Shown here in pieces: positions 32,314 to 41,642 of a stretch of DNA of 61,407 nt. The stretch spans positions 1 to 61,407 of IMG/VR virus record IMGVR_UViG_3300023174_000176, one strand, 5' to 3'. The position numbers and the translations under genes are program-made. Below the pieces are notes generated by a model. The model was not told where the DNA came from and did not search any database. It saw nothing but the letters and a program-made list of their open reading frames with translations. The DNA comes from a virus (lineage: Duplodnaviria; Caudoviricetes). Within the stretch, counting starts at the first letter, position 1, and every line of letters starts with the position of its first letter.

Positions 32314-33014
32314 GTAATAAAATAACTATCGTAGTACCTTGCAAGAATGAAGAAGATTATATTCATCATTTGTTAGACGCACTACGCTTACAATATATTG
32401 GTGATACTAGAGTTATCATTGCTGACTGTTCTACTGATAATACTAGAAAAGTCATTAAAGATAATAGTTATTCATTGAATGTTGAAATCATCGATGGCGG
32501 ACCTGTTAGTATTGCTAAGAACAATGGGGCACGATTAGTTACTACCCCATACATACTATTCATTGATGCTGACGTTCGTTTCTTTAAGAATAATGTAATA
32601 AAAGATGCAGTTAAGGCAATAGAATCAAAAAACTTAGATTTGATTGGATTAAACATCAAGTCTTATGATAATGATATACGAGCAAGCATCGGGTTCACTA
32701 TTTTTAATATTATAAATCATATATTGAAATATTCCAGTCCATTCGCAATTGGAGCATTTATGTTAACCCGCAGAGATAAGTTTGAAGAATTAGGTGGCTT
32801 TCCTGAAAAGACTGTTACATCTGAGGACTATTTCTTATCCAGAATGTATAGTCCTAAAAAGTTTAAAATCGTTAATCATTATTTTGGACAAGATAGTCGC
32901 AGATTTAAAAAGATGGGATACTTTGGTATGGGGTGGTATCTCATTAAGAACTTTATCAATCGCAACAATAAGAAATATTGGGACAAATTAGATGGATCTA
33001 AATACTGGAGTTAA
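32298..33014 (+). CDS. Glycosyltransferase family 2
   Basis: IVVPCKNEE, STDNT, FIDAD, GGF and SED. Confidence 0.85.
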   Translation: MQETISNKITIVVPCKNEEDYIHHLLDALRLQYIGDTRVIIADCSTDNTRKVIKDNSYSLNVEIIDGGPVSIAKNNGARLVTTPYILFIDADVRFFKNNVIKDAVKAIESKNLDLIGLNIKSYDNDIRASIGFTIFNIINHILKYSSPFAIGAFMLTRRDKFEELGGFPEKTVTSEDYFLSRMYSPKKFKIVNHYFGQDSRRFKKMGYFGMGWYLIKNFINRNNKKYWDKLDGSKYWS

Positions 33015-33056
33015 AACGGACACAAAATAGCGTGTCGCTGGATTTGCGTAACCAGC

Positions 33057-33084
33057 AATAAGGGCCTTAGGGCCCTTATTTATT
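33057..33084. terminator. Intrinsic terminator
   Basis: Perfect 10-bp stem AATAAGGGCC-TTAG-GGCCCTTATT. Confidence 0.8.
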
Positions 33085-33117
33085 ACATGCTATAATATAA
33101 GTATTGATAAATACTTA

Positions 33118-34884
33118 ATGAATTTAAAAGAACTTGATTCCTTTCGTATCTCTGACGCCATTAGTTTCCATGACAAATTGAATCCTAAACTTTGGAATAA
33201 TAATAACCTACGCCCAGAAGTCAAAAAACAATTATTAATCATAGCAGAAGATTTTTTAGAAGAATTAGGCATTAGTGGTTTAGATGTAGCAGACATGACT
33301 ATATCTGGATCTAATGCCGCATACAGTTATACACCAAACAGCGACCTAGACTTACATATATTAGTTGATATGAGTAAGTTGCCAAACAATGAAGTTTATA
33401 AAGAATTATTTACAGCAAAAAAATCATTATACAATGACAGCCACGATATAAAGATACACGGGATACCAGTAGAGTTATATGTACAAGACGCCAGAGAACC
33501 AGTCGTAAGTCTAGGTGAGTACAGTCTCAAAAATGATAACTGGCTTAAAATCCCATCTAAGCGCAGAGCCAATTTTGACCAAACCGCCACCAAAACAAAA
33601 TATGAAAAGTTATTAACATTAATAGAGCTAGCCCTCAAATCCAGAAAATACAGTAAAGTAAGTAATATAATTAAAACAATTAAAAGATATAGACAATCAG
33701 GATTAGATAAGGGTGGCGAGTTTGGTCCTGAGAATTTAGCATATAAAGCATTAAGAGCACAAGGTTACATCACTAAGTTATATGATTTACGTGACAAATT
33801 ACATAGTGAGAAGTTAACTATTGAAACAATGTATCAGCCTATTAATGATGACTATGATCCAAATGGTCCTCCCCCTGGCCCTGAGTTCAAGCCTACAATG
33901 CCTAAGGGCACAGTACGTGTAGATGTTAGTGATGTATATGACTGGTATAAGTTAGGTCAGCATATTAGTAATCTACATGGTTTGGGTAAACATGACTTTG
34001 GTAAAGGACCTCCCAGTACTATATTCTCATTTGGTGATGAAGATACTGAACACAAATACATTAAAGATTTAGAAAAGACAGGATTAACAACAACTGATAT
34101 TGATCCAATTGATCCCAATCAACCTAAGGGAATGCCACGTCAGAAGATAGATCCTACCTATAATGTCAATGAAATTATAGATATGCCGCCGGTTACTAAG
34201 CGCATGGATATACAATCAATGTATAATGATATACAAACTAAACTTAGATATCATGAAGCAACTCAATTAGCACCAATAAATTTTCCAATAACTAACCGGA
34301 TATTTCGTGATGGACAGAACGTATTGAAGTTTTTCTTGTTTAACAAAGAAAATAAACCAGTCTACTATCTTAGTACAAGTAAATTTCATGACGGTTTTAA
34401 AACAGGTGCGGTCGCAGGTGACGCAGAAGTTCAGGGTCAGGGATTGGGCTGGAAATTGTATAAAGCAGTAAGTGATTATTTAGGTGTGCCTTTATATAGT
34501 GATAGTACACAAACTTCTGATAGTAAGAAGGGTATTTGGCAAAAACTAATTGACAACTATCCTAAACAAGTGGTAGGGTATGACCAGTTATCACGTAAAA
34601 ATGTACCTATTAATAACATATATCAGACATTGCCGCCGGATCAATTAAAACATGTAGATGATGATACTAGAAAAAATACATTGTTATTAAAGTTTTTACC
34701 AGGTGTAATACAAGAAGCTAGCGGTTATATTCCATCTGAAAAAGAGAAGAATGACCCGCGTTTTAGTACAGCATTAACAGTAGATGTTAAGCCAGATAGT
34801 ATTAAAAAGAACGCAAAAGCATTCTATTGGAATACTAGTAGAGCCGGTATTCCCCCAACAGCGAAGCCATCAGGCAAAATCTAA
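33118..34884 (+). CDS. Pol-beta-like nucleotidyltransferase plus GNAT-like module (polyprotein)
   Basis: ISGSNA...SDLDLHI...VELYVQ (GS, DxD, E). Later VQGQGLGWKLY resembles an acetyl-CoA binding motif. Late promoter at 33106. Confidence 0.7.
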   Translation: MNLKELDSFRISDAISFHDKLNPKLWNNNNLRPEVKKQLLIIAEDFLEELGISGLDVADMTISGSNAAYSYTPNSDLDLHILVDMSKLPNNEVYKELFTAKKSLYNDSHDIKIHGIPVELYVQDAREPVVSLGEYSLKNDNWLKIPSKRRANFDQTATKTKYEKLLTLIELALKSRKYSKVSNIIKTIKRYRQSGLDKGGEFGPENLAYKALRAQGYITKLYDLRDKLHSEKLTIETMYQPINDDYDPNGPPPGPEFKPTMPKGTVRVDVSDVYDWYKLGQHISNLHGLGKHDFGKGPPSTIFSFGDEDTEHKYIKDLEKTGLTTTDIDPIDPNQPKGMPRQKIDPTYNVNEIIDMPPVTKRMDIQSMYNDIQTKLRYHEATQLAPINFPITNRIFRDGQNVLKFFLFNKENKPVYYLSTSKFHDGFKTGAVAGDAEVQGQGLGWKLYKAVSDYLGVPLYSDSTQTSDSKKGIWQKLIDNYPKQVVGYDQLSRKNVPINNIYQTLPPDQLKHVDDDTRKNTLLLKFLPGVIQEASGYIPSEKEKNDPRFSTALTVDVKPDSIKKNAKAFYWNTSRAGIPPTAKPSGKI

Positions 34885-34939
34885 TAAGTTTCCTTATTAT
34901 GGTATTTTGATAAATACACTATTAGTATGGAAATCCGTT

Positions 34940-35767
34940 ATGAAAATCAAACAAATCACTGAAACTACAACATCAGGCTCAATAGCTACAATAAATTCAC
35001 CATTAGGTGGTACACAATCTAGGGGAAATCCTAGCATATATGGTGGAAAGAAAGTAGGATCTTTATTCAAGGGTAAAAAAACTAGTGCTCCATATGCCAA
35101 TAGCATCAATGAAAGTGCTGAACTTAGTGAAGCTGATTTAAGTGAACAAGATTTAATTGTTGTTCCTGGTCAGGGTCGCAAATCAAAGACAGGGTTTGTA
35201 CAACATGGTCAAAGTCGTATAGACCATGAAGTTGAAATGGCACGTAGTGATTTATTCAGTGCCGCACAGAATGCTCAAAAAGTTTATTCTATGATTAAAG
35301 ACCTCAGTGAAGAAGAAGGTCTTGAAGGCTGGGTACAAGAAAAGATTATCAAAGCTAATGACTATCTAAACACTATACGTGAATACTTAGAAGGTAAACA
35401 ACTTCAAGGTGTTGATGAAAGCATAGAGAATAATCCAGTAGCAAATGCACTCATAACTCATATAATGAAAAATCGTCCTGATTTATTAAAATATGGTGCT
35501 GATCGTGTAGGTGATGCAATTGATAGAGTTGCAAGTAATGTTAGACATATCAACTCTGATAATATAGGTAAAGTTATTAAACAAATTGAATATTATGTTA
35601 CAAGTAATAACAATGACATGTATGAAGGTGCTAAAGTAGATAGAATGGTTAAGCACATTGAAAAGTCAGAAGAAAAAGCTGGTAAAAGTAAAAAAGAAGC
35701 AGAGAACATTGCTTGGGCCACTGCTAATAAGCGTGGTATGTTAGATAACAAGAATAAGAAAGCATAA
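34940..35767 (+). CDS. Putative internal head polyprotein
   Basis: Starts MKIKQITE after the late promoter at 34909; modules bounded by INE, LSE, VDE and MYE. Confidence 0.6.
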   Translation: MKIKQITETTTSGSIATINSPLGGTQSRGNPSIYGGKKVGSLFKGKKTSAPYANSINESAELSEADLSEQDLIVVPGQGRKSKTGFVQHGQSRIDHEVEMARSDLFSAAQNAQKVYSMIKDLSEEEGLEGWVQEKIIKANDYLNTIREYLEGKQLQGVDESIENNPVANALITHIMKNRPDLLKYGADRVGDAIDRVASNVRHINSDNIGKVIKQIEYYVTSNNNDMYEGAKVDRMVKHIEKSEEKAGKSKKEAENIAWATANKRGMLDNKNKKA

Positions 35768-35768
35768 T

Positions 35769-38402
35769 ATGAGTAATATTCTTAAAGGTATATTAACCGA
35801 ATCTAATTCAGTATATGGACATAGTGATCCAGCTAGAGAATATGGAGCTGATGATCCAGTGTACAAAAAACGTGGAAGATATCCACAAGATGATACATTT
35901 GACGATGATGTAGCGTATTCTAAAAAAATGTATCAATTGGGTCAACAACAAAAGGCTGCTAAAGAAAAAGCACAACGTGATAGTGACCATGATAGATTAG
36001 CAACTGGTACTAATGAAGGGTTAGATGATCCGTGGGGAGATCAAGGTAATTTTGCAGGTAGTACTCCAGTTAATCTTGGTGGTGTCTCTATTAAGAACAT
36101 ACAGACAGGTGACAATGTTAAGTATCTAGGACAACCTGCAAAAGTAGTTGCTATGAGTAAGGATCGTAAACATTCTCGTATTACAATTTCTAAAGGTATG
36201 GGTAGTGTTACCCAAGATGTATTAACAAGTGATTTACAACAATTAGGTCGTGGTACAGCAATAGAAGAAAATGACAATACTAGAATGAGAATGAATGATT
36301 ACTATGATTTAGCCGATGCTATTCAGGAAAAGCTTAAACATGCAATACAATTAGGTAATAAAGAACTCATTCAAAAATTAAACAAAGAACGTGATGAGTT
36401 AGATGCACGTGTCAAACAATATGGATTAATGCCTGAATCACAACTAGATGAAATCTCTAATGAGAAATTATCACAATATAAAACAGCGGCAGCAGCCGAT
36501 GCTAAGAAAGCCGATAGTGAAGGTGACTACAAGCGTGGAGATAAACGTTTCAGTGGTATGGTTAAAGCAACTAAGAAACAGTTTGCCAATGATACAAAGA
36601 AATCTGGTATCAGTCAAGGTATAAATGAATTTTCTCCGGGTGCTACTGGTCCTAAAGGTCCTAAAGATTACGGTCAGCCTAACAGTTCACGTTATATAGG
36701 TGGTAACAAGTTTGTAGTAGGTACTACCAACAACTATATATTAACTGCAACAATAGACAAATGGGGATTAGAATGGGATGAGGATGATGAAATATGGTTC
36801 TTAGACAGTCCGGGTGCCGCACACATTGCTGATGCTAGTGAAGGTGAAATAGAATTACCTCCGCCCCGTGAACAAAGAAATCAAATACATGATTTAGTAA
36901 CTGATTACCTTAACGCTAAAAATTCTGCAGATTTACAAAAGGTAGCTGCATATTATGGTCATAGCGATGATGGTGAAATGGCAACAAATGAAGAATTCAG
37001 ACCCACATCCGGTCAAGCTAACAATATACGTAAACAAACTGCACAAAAAATGAATCCAGGCAATAATAAATTTGTTTGGAAAAGACCTAATCAAATAGGT
37101 GGCAGTCATACAGAGAACGAACTTAAAGCATTGAATTTTAAATATTCATCAAAACATAATGTTTGGGGCGGTACACAAGACATGTGGAATAGTTTGTCTA
37201 GTAACCTAGATGAGAATTTAGGAGATCAATTAAAATCTACGTCATTAGATGCATTAGTTAAAGTTAAATTAGCTATAGAGAAACAACGTGAGGATGAAAT
37301 AGAAGCTTGGAAAAGAGATTTTGAAAAGAATACAGTACGAAAAGCACAACAAGGTTTACGTAGAGAATTTGAACCAACACCAGTAGCACAACCTGGTGAA
37401 AAGCATTCAGTATTAAAAGCCAGACTAGCCCAATTGAATAGTGCTATAGAAAAACAAGCATTATTAGATAAGTTAGTTGATAAATTAGAACGTAAGGGTT
37501 TAATGACTCCGGCAATGCAAAATGATACTGATACAAGAATGCATGTTAGATATGGTGCAAAAGATAACTATCAATCATTAAATGCAAAACTAGACAATGC
37601 TATTAAAATGTTACAGGATAGATTATATATACGTAAAAAGTCAGGGTTAAAAGAAGGCTGGAGTCAAAAGTACAAGAGTAGTATCAACTGTAGTCATCCA
37701 AAAGGATTCTCACAAAAGGCACATTGTGCAGGCAAGAAAAAACACAACGAGAGTATTGATGATGTTATGGAAATGACTTGTCCTGATTGCGGCATGTGTG
37801 AAACTCACGGTGACAATTCAAAAGAACAACTTGATGAATTAAGTTGCTGGTCTGGCTATCATAGAGTTGCTGGCACCAAAGCAGGCTTCCCCGGTAGTTG
37901 TGCTAAAAATAAAACAAATGAACAAGGTGTGGCGGAAGAACAACATAGTTGCCCACATTGTGGTGGCGAGATGGTTAGTGAAGAACTAATGAATGAAAAG
38001 AAAGATGCTTGCTACTATAAAGTAAAGAGCCGTTATAAAGTATGGCCAAGTGCTTATGCTTCAGGCGCATTAGTTAAGTGCCGTAAAAAGGGCGCAAGTA
38101 ACTGGGGTACTGGTGGCAAGAGTAATGAAAGTTCTATCTTAGAAGGTATTAATCGGGCAGATGAAAGTTTACATGATTGGTTTAATAAAGAAAAGTGGGT
38201 TCGCATGGATACCAAAGGAAAGATTAAAGGTCCATGTGCAAGAGAACCCGGGGAAGGTAAACCAAAATGCTTACCACAAAGTAAAGCACATAGTTTAGGT
38301 AAGAAGGGTCGTGCAAGTGCCGCTCAACGTAAACGTAGAGAAGATCCTAATCCAGAACGCAGTGGTAAAGCCATCAACGTTAATACAAAAAAGAAAGACT
38401 AA
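35769..38402 (+). CDS. Large modular putative internal head polyprotein
   Basis: MSNILKGILTE start; many short modules, several Cys-paired basic ones (WSQKYK..C..C, CWSGY..C, DACY..PSAYASG..C, WF..C..PKCLP). Confidence 0.65.
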   Translation: MSNILKGILTESNSVYGHSDPAREYGADDPVYKKRGRYPQDDTFDDDVAYSKKMYQLGQQQKAAKEKAQRDSDHDRLATGTNEGLDDPWGDQGNFAGSTPVNLGGVSIKNIQTGDNVKYLGQPAKVVAMSKDRKHSRITISKGMGSVTQDVLTSDLQQLGRGTAIEENDNTRMRMNDYYDLADAIQEKLKHAIQLGNKELIQKLNKERDELDARVKQYGLMPESQLDEISNEKLSQYKTAAAADAKKADSEGDYKRGDKRFSGMVKATKKQFANDTKKSGISQGINEFSPGATGPKGPKDYGQPNSSRYIGGNKFVVGTTNNYILTATIDKWGLEWDEDDEIWFLDSPGAAHIADASEGEIELPPPREQRNQIHDLVTDYLNAKNSADLQKVAAYYGHSDDGEMATNEEFRPTSGQANNIRKQTAQKMNPGNNKFVWKRPNQIGGSHTENELKALNFKYSSKHNVWGGTQDMWNSLSSNLDENLGDQLKSTSLDALVKVKLAIEKQREDEIEAWKRDFEKNTVRKAQQGLRREFEPTPVAQPGEKHSVLKARLAQLNSAIEKQALLDKLVDKLERKGLMTPAMQNDTDTRMHVRYGAKDNYQSLNAKLDNAIKMLQDRLYIRKKSGLKEGWSQKYKSSINCSHPKGFSQKAHCAGKKKHNESIDDVMEMTCPDCGMCETHGDNSKEQLDELSCWSGYHRVAGTKAGFPGSCAKNKTNEQGVAEEQHSCPHCGGEMVSEELMNEKKDACYYKVKSRYKVWPSAYASGALVKCRKKGASNWGTGGKSNESSILEGINRADESLHDWFNKEKWVRMDTKGKIKGPCAREPGEGKPKCLPQSKAHSLGKKGRASAAQRKRREDPNPERSGKAINVNTKKKD

Positions 38403-38411
38403 AGGGTAATC

Positions 38412-38852
38412 ATGTTATCAGATAATTTAAAAGTATTATTAGCAAGTACACAAAGTTTTGCTATCAAGTCACAGAATTTTCATTGGAACGTGGAGGGAAG
38501 TAACTTCCCGCAATATCATGCATTCTTTGATACATTATACGGTGATGTAAGTGCAACTATTGATCCTATCGCTGAATACATCAGAATCTTAGGTCATTAC
38601 ACTCCTGGTAGTTTGTCACGTTATGCTGAACTAAGTATCATTCAAGACCAAACTAAGATTCCACGTGCTGAATTAATGTTTGCCGAATCATTGCAAGATT
38701 GTGAAACAATGCTTCAGTTAGTAACAGCAATGTTTGATGAGGCAGCTAATGAGAATCAACATGGTATTGAAAACTATATGGCTGAACTACAAGATTTGTA
38801 CGGCAAGAAAGCATGGTTCATTCGTTCTATATTAAAAAGAGAACGTGAGTGA
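38412..38852 (+). CDS. dps: Dps-family mini-ferritin
   Basis: NFHWNVEGSNFPQYHAFF and D.IAEYIR.LG. Confidence 0.85.
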   Translation: MLSDNLKVLLASTQSFAIKSQNFHWNVEGSNFPQYHAFFDTLYGDVSATIDPIAEYIRILGHYTPGSLSRYAELSIIQDQTKIPRAELMFAESLQDCETMLQLVTAMFDEAANENQHGIENYMAELQDLYGKKAWFIRSILKRERE

Positions 38853-38913
38853 GAGTTGAGGAACATCAGTGGATGATTTGTAGCATACTTAAAAATAGAG
38901 AATAGGTAATATT

Positions 38914-39840
38914 ATGCAATTTAGTGGAATGGTTTTAACTGGTGGATTTATTTATACTTCACCGCCCCCTCTTAGCGGACCAACGCAAAAGGCTATTTTT
39001 GGTTATGGTGGTACAAATGCAGGCAGATTATCAGTAACTAACTTGGTAAGTAATACAGGTGTAGTTAGTAATGATGTAACTGGAGTTGGTACTGCTAGAG
39101 ATGGCTTAGCGGCTGCAGGTTATGGTGGTGACAAAGCTATATTTGGATATGGTTTTTACTCTACATTAATTAATTTAGTATCAAATACGGGTGTTGTTGC
39201 TACTGATGGCGCAGGGATAGGTACTGCTAGAACTTATCTTGCGGCCGCAAGTTACGGAACTGATAAAGCTATATTTGGATATGGTATTAATGCGTCCGGT
39301 TTCAGTGTGTCATTGACTAACAAAGTATCAAACACAGGTGTAGTAGCCACAGATACAACTGGTGTAGGAACCGCTAGATATGGTATTGCAGCTGCCGGAT
39401 ACGGAACCGATACAGCTATATTTGGATATGGGGATACTGGATCTTCACAAGTGTCAATGACTAACTTAGTAAGTAATACAGGCGTTGTATCTGCAGATAC
39501 AACAGGTGTAGGTACTGCTAGAAGTTTACTTGCGGCCGCAGGTTATGGTACAGATAAAGCTATATTTGGTTTCGGTGGATCTTATTCAAATATAATGAAC
39601 AGAGTATCAAACACAGGTATAGTTGCTAATAATACTTCAGGTGTTGGTACTGGTAGGTCTCAGTTAGCAGCCGCAGGTTATGGAAGTGATAAAGCTATAT
39701 TTGGATATGGTGATACTACTAGTAGTGGTACAGTGTCAATGACTAACCTAATATCAAATACTGGTGTAGTTGCAACTGATACTACTGGCGTAGGTACTAG
39801 CAGATTTTCATTAGCAGCCGCAGGTTATTCATTTACTTAA
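38914..39840 (+). CDS. Six-repeat beta-propeller-like protein (KAIFGYG type)
   Basis: Six (K/T)AIFG(Y/F)G...N.VSNTGVV..D..GVGT.R..LAAA.YG repeats after a Gly-rich N-peptide and PPP. Confidence 0.75.
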   Translation: MQFSGMVLTGGFIYTSPPPLSGPTQKAIFGYGGTNAGRLSVTNLVSNTGVVSNDVTGVGTARDGLAAAGYGGDKAIFGYGFYSTLINLVSNTGVVATDGAGIGTARTYLAAASYGTDKAIFGYGINASGFSVSLTNKVSNTGVVATDTTGVGTARYGIAAAGYGTDTAIFGYGDTGSSQVSMTNLVSNTGVVSADTTGVGTARSLLAAAGYGTDKAIFGFGGSYSNIMNRVSNTGIVANNTSGVGTGRSQLAAAGYGSDKAIFGYGDTTSSGTVSMTNLISNTGVVATDTTGVGTSRFSLAAAGYSFT

Positions 39841-39844
39841 AATA

Positions 39845-41095
39845 ATGAGAGCAATAGAATTTATTATTGAAACTGATAACCAAGTAGCAGTTGATGCTCT
39901 GCTAAAAAAACATGGCTGGTCTATAGGTAAAACAGTTAACGGTGATCTTGCTATTACTTGGCAGGGAAGTACTTATGTGTTTTATGGTGAGCGTGTAAGA
40001 ATCACATTGCCTAATGGTAAGACTATTTCTGTTGTATGGGGTAAGAAGCCCGATTGGCGCGGCCGTAGCGATGATGAACTTAGTTTTGCACAAGCAGTAC
40101 AAAACAAATACATTACATTTGATTTACCTATTTGGCAACAATTGGATCGTGGTCAAATCAACGACTCACAGGCTATACAAAAATTTAAAATAGAGAATGA
40201 ACGTCAAGCTAGAGAAGCAATTGCACAAGGTGTGACTGAAGGCATTGTTGAACAACCAAATCCTAAAGTAGATTTGACACCTAACTATCCCAACTATCAA
40301 GTTTTAGTTGGTGAGTTTATTGGCATAAAAAAGAATAGAGCAAGATTTTTAATTGTAGCATCTGAACTTAAACCAGGGGTACGTGAGACCGATAATATAT
40401 TCAGAGCAAGAACAACTAATACACCAATCAGTATTGAGATTAGTAAAGTAAAAAATCGTACAGTATTAGAAGATTTAAGCCGTAGAGGATTCTTAGGTGG
40501 TTTAGGTGCCGCCGCATTAAGTTCAGCAGGTGTGGCACAAGCTAAACATACTCAACCCACCTCACAACAAAAATCAGAACCGATCAATTTGTTGAGTAAT
40601 CATCCTCAACATGAAGCAATATTACAACGTGCAGCCAAACAAGCTGGTATAAAAGGTATTGAATTAGCACAGTTTATGGCACAAACTAATCATGAATCAT
40701 GGGACTTCAGCAGATTAAAAGAAAAGAGCATAGGTAAAGGGTATTTTGCTAAAAAGTATGATCCTAAATATAGTCCTAAAACTGCAAAGATATTAGGTAA
40801 TAAACAGGTAGGTGACGGAGAAAAATTTCATGGGCGTGGATTTATTCAACTAACCGGCCGTGATAACTATCGTATGGCTAGTCAAGCATTAGGCATTGAT
40901 TTATTAAATCAACCTGACTTAGCAGAACGTCCTGATATTGCAGCCAAAATTGCAGTATGGTATTGGCAAACAAGAGTTAAACCACATATAAATAACTTTA
41001 ACGATACAAAAGCAGTAACAAAAAAGATTAATCCAGCACTACGTGGATTACAAGATAGACATGCAAAGTTTATTGATTACAAAAATATTTTATAA
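39845..41095 (+). CDS. Polyprotein ending in a GH19 muramidase preceded by an internal Tat-like signal
   Basis: MRAIEFIIE start; SRRGFLGG..AQA; AQTNHES, HGRGFIQLTGRDNY and TKKIN. Confidence 0.8.
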   Translation: MRAIEFIIETDNQVAVDALLKKHGWSIGKTVNGDLAITWQGSTYVFYGERVRITLPNGKTISVVWGKKPDWRGRSDDELSFAQAVQNKYITFDLPIWQQLDRGQINDSQAIQKFKIENERQAREAIAQGVTEGIVEQPNPKVDLTPNYPNYQVLVGEFIGIKKNRARFLIVASELKPGVRETDNIFRARTTNTPISIEISKVKNRTVLEDLSRRGFLGGLGAAALSSAGVAQAKHTQPTSQQKSEPINLLSNHPQHEAILQRAAKQAGIKGIELAQFMAQTNHESWDFSRLKEKSIGKGYFAKKYDPKYSPKTAKILGNKQVGDGEKFHGRGFIQLTGRDNYRMASQALGIDLLNQPDLAERPDIAAKIAVWYWQTRVKPHINNFNDTKAVTKKINPALRGLQDRHAKFIDYKNIL

Positions 41096-41105
41096 AGACA
41101 ACTAA

Positions 41106-41543
41106 ATGAAAAAAATAATAACAATCGCATTATTAGCAATATCTACTATAGCATTTGCACAAAAACAAAAACCAATGAATATATATGATTTTCCAATCAC
41201 TAGAGTTATTGATGGCGATACCGTAGCATTTCAAGCACCGTTCTTACCTCCACCATTAAAACAAGAACTAAGTATTCGTGTGTTTGGTGTTGATACACCT
41301 GAAAAAGGTCATAGAGCAATGTGTCCACAAGAAGACCAACGTGGACAAGCCGCTACAGCATTCACAAAAAATGCTATAACTAAAGCACAGAAACGTCAAG
41401 TAGCTATTATTGATTGGGATAAGTATGGTGGACGTGTATTGGGTGATATATTACTTGATGGGCAAAGTTTAAGAATGATGTTAATACAGAATGGATTTGC
41501 AAGAGAATACTACGGAGAAGCTAAGACTTCTTGGTGTAACTAA
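41106..41543 (+). CDS. Secreted thermonuclease (SNase-like)
   Basis: Sec signal peptide; RVIDGDT, GVDTPE and DKYGGRVLG. Confidence 0.9.
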   Translation: MKKIITIALLAISTIAFAQKQKPMNIYDFPITRVIDGDTVAFQAPFLPPPLKQELSIRVFGVDTPEKGHRAMCPQEDQRGQAATAFTKNAITKAQKRQVAIIDWDKYGGRVLGDILLDGQSLRMMLIQNGFAREYYGEAKTSWCN

Positions 41544-41625
41544 CACACCTTAGGACCGGTACTAGTTACCGTGGTGTAGGCGGCTTCTGCCTTAAGTTAT
41601 CCAATTCGCTACTGGACCTTATAAG
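41544..41625 (+). ncRNA. Candidate structured RNA
   Basis: GC-richer intergenic stretch with stems ACACC/GGTGT, CGGT/ACCG, AGGC/GCCT and TCCA/TGGA. Confidence 0.4.
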
Positions 41626-41642
41626 TGAGCATAAATACTAAT

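Noticed and set aside
34784-34939. Upstream starts given by the ORF track (also 17009, 17890, 20433, 21308, 21395, 23095, 31347, 41625, 47084)
   Set aside because: They overlap neighbouring genes or promoters; downstream starts fit RBS, promoter or paralog alignment better.
41544-41625. tRNA gene
   Set aside because: No GTTCGA T-loop, cloverleaf or acceptor stem. No tRNA was recognised anywhere in the window.
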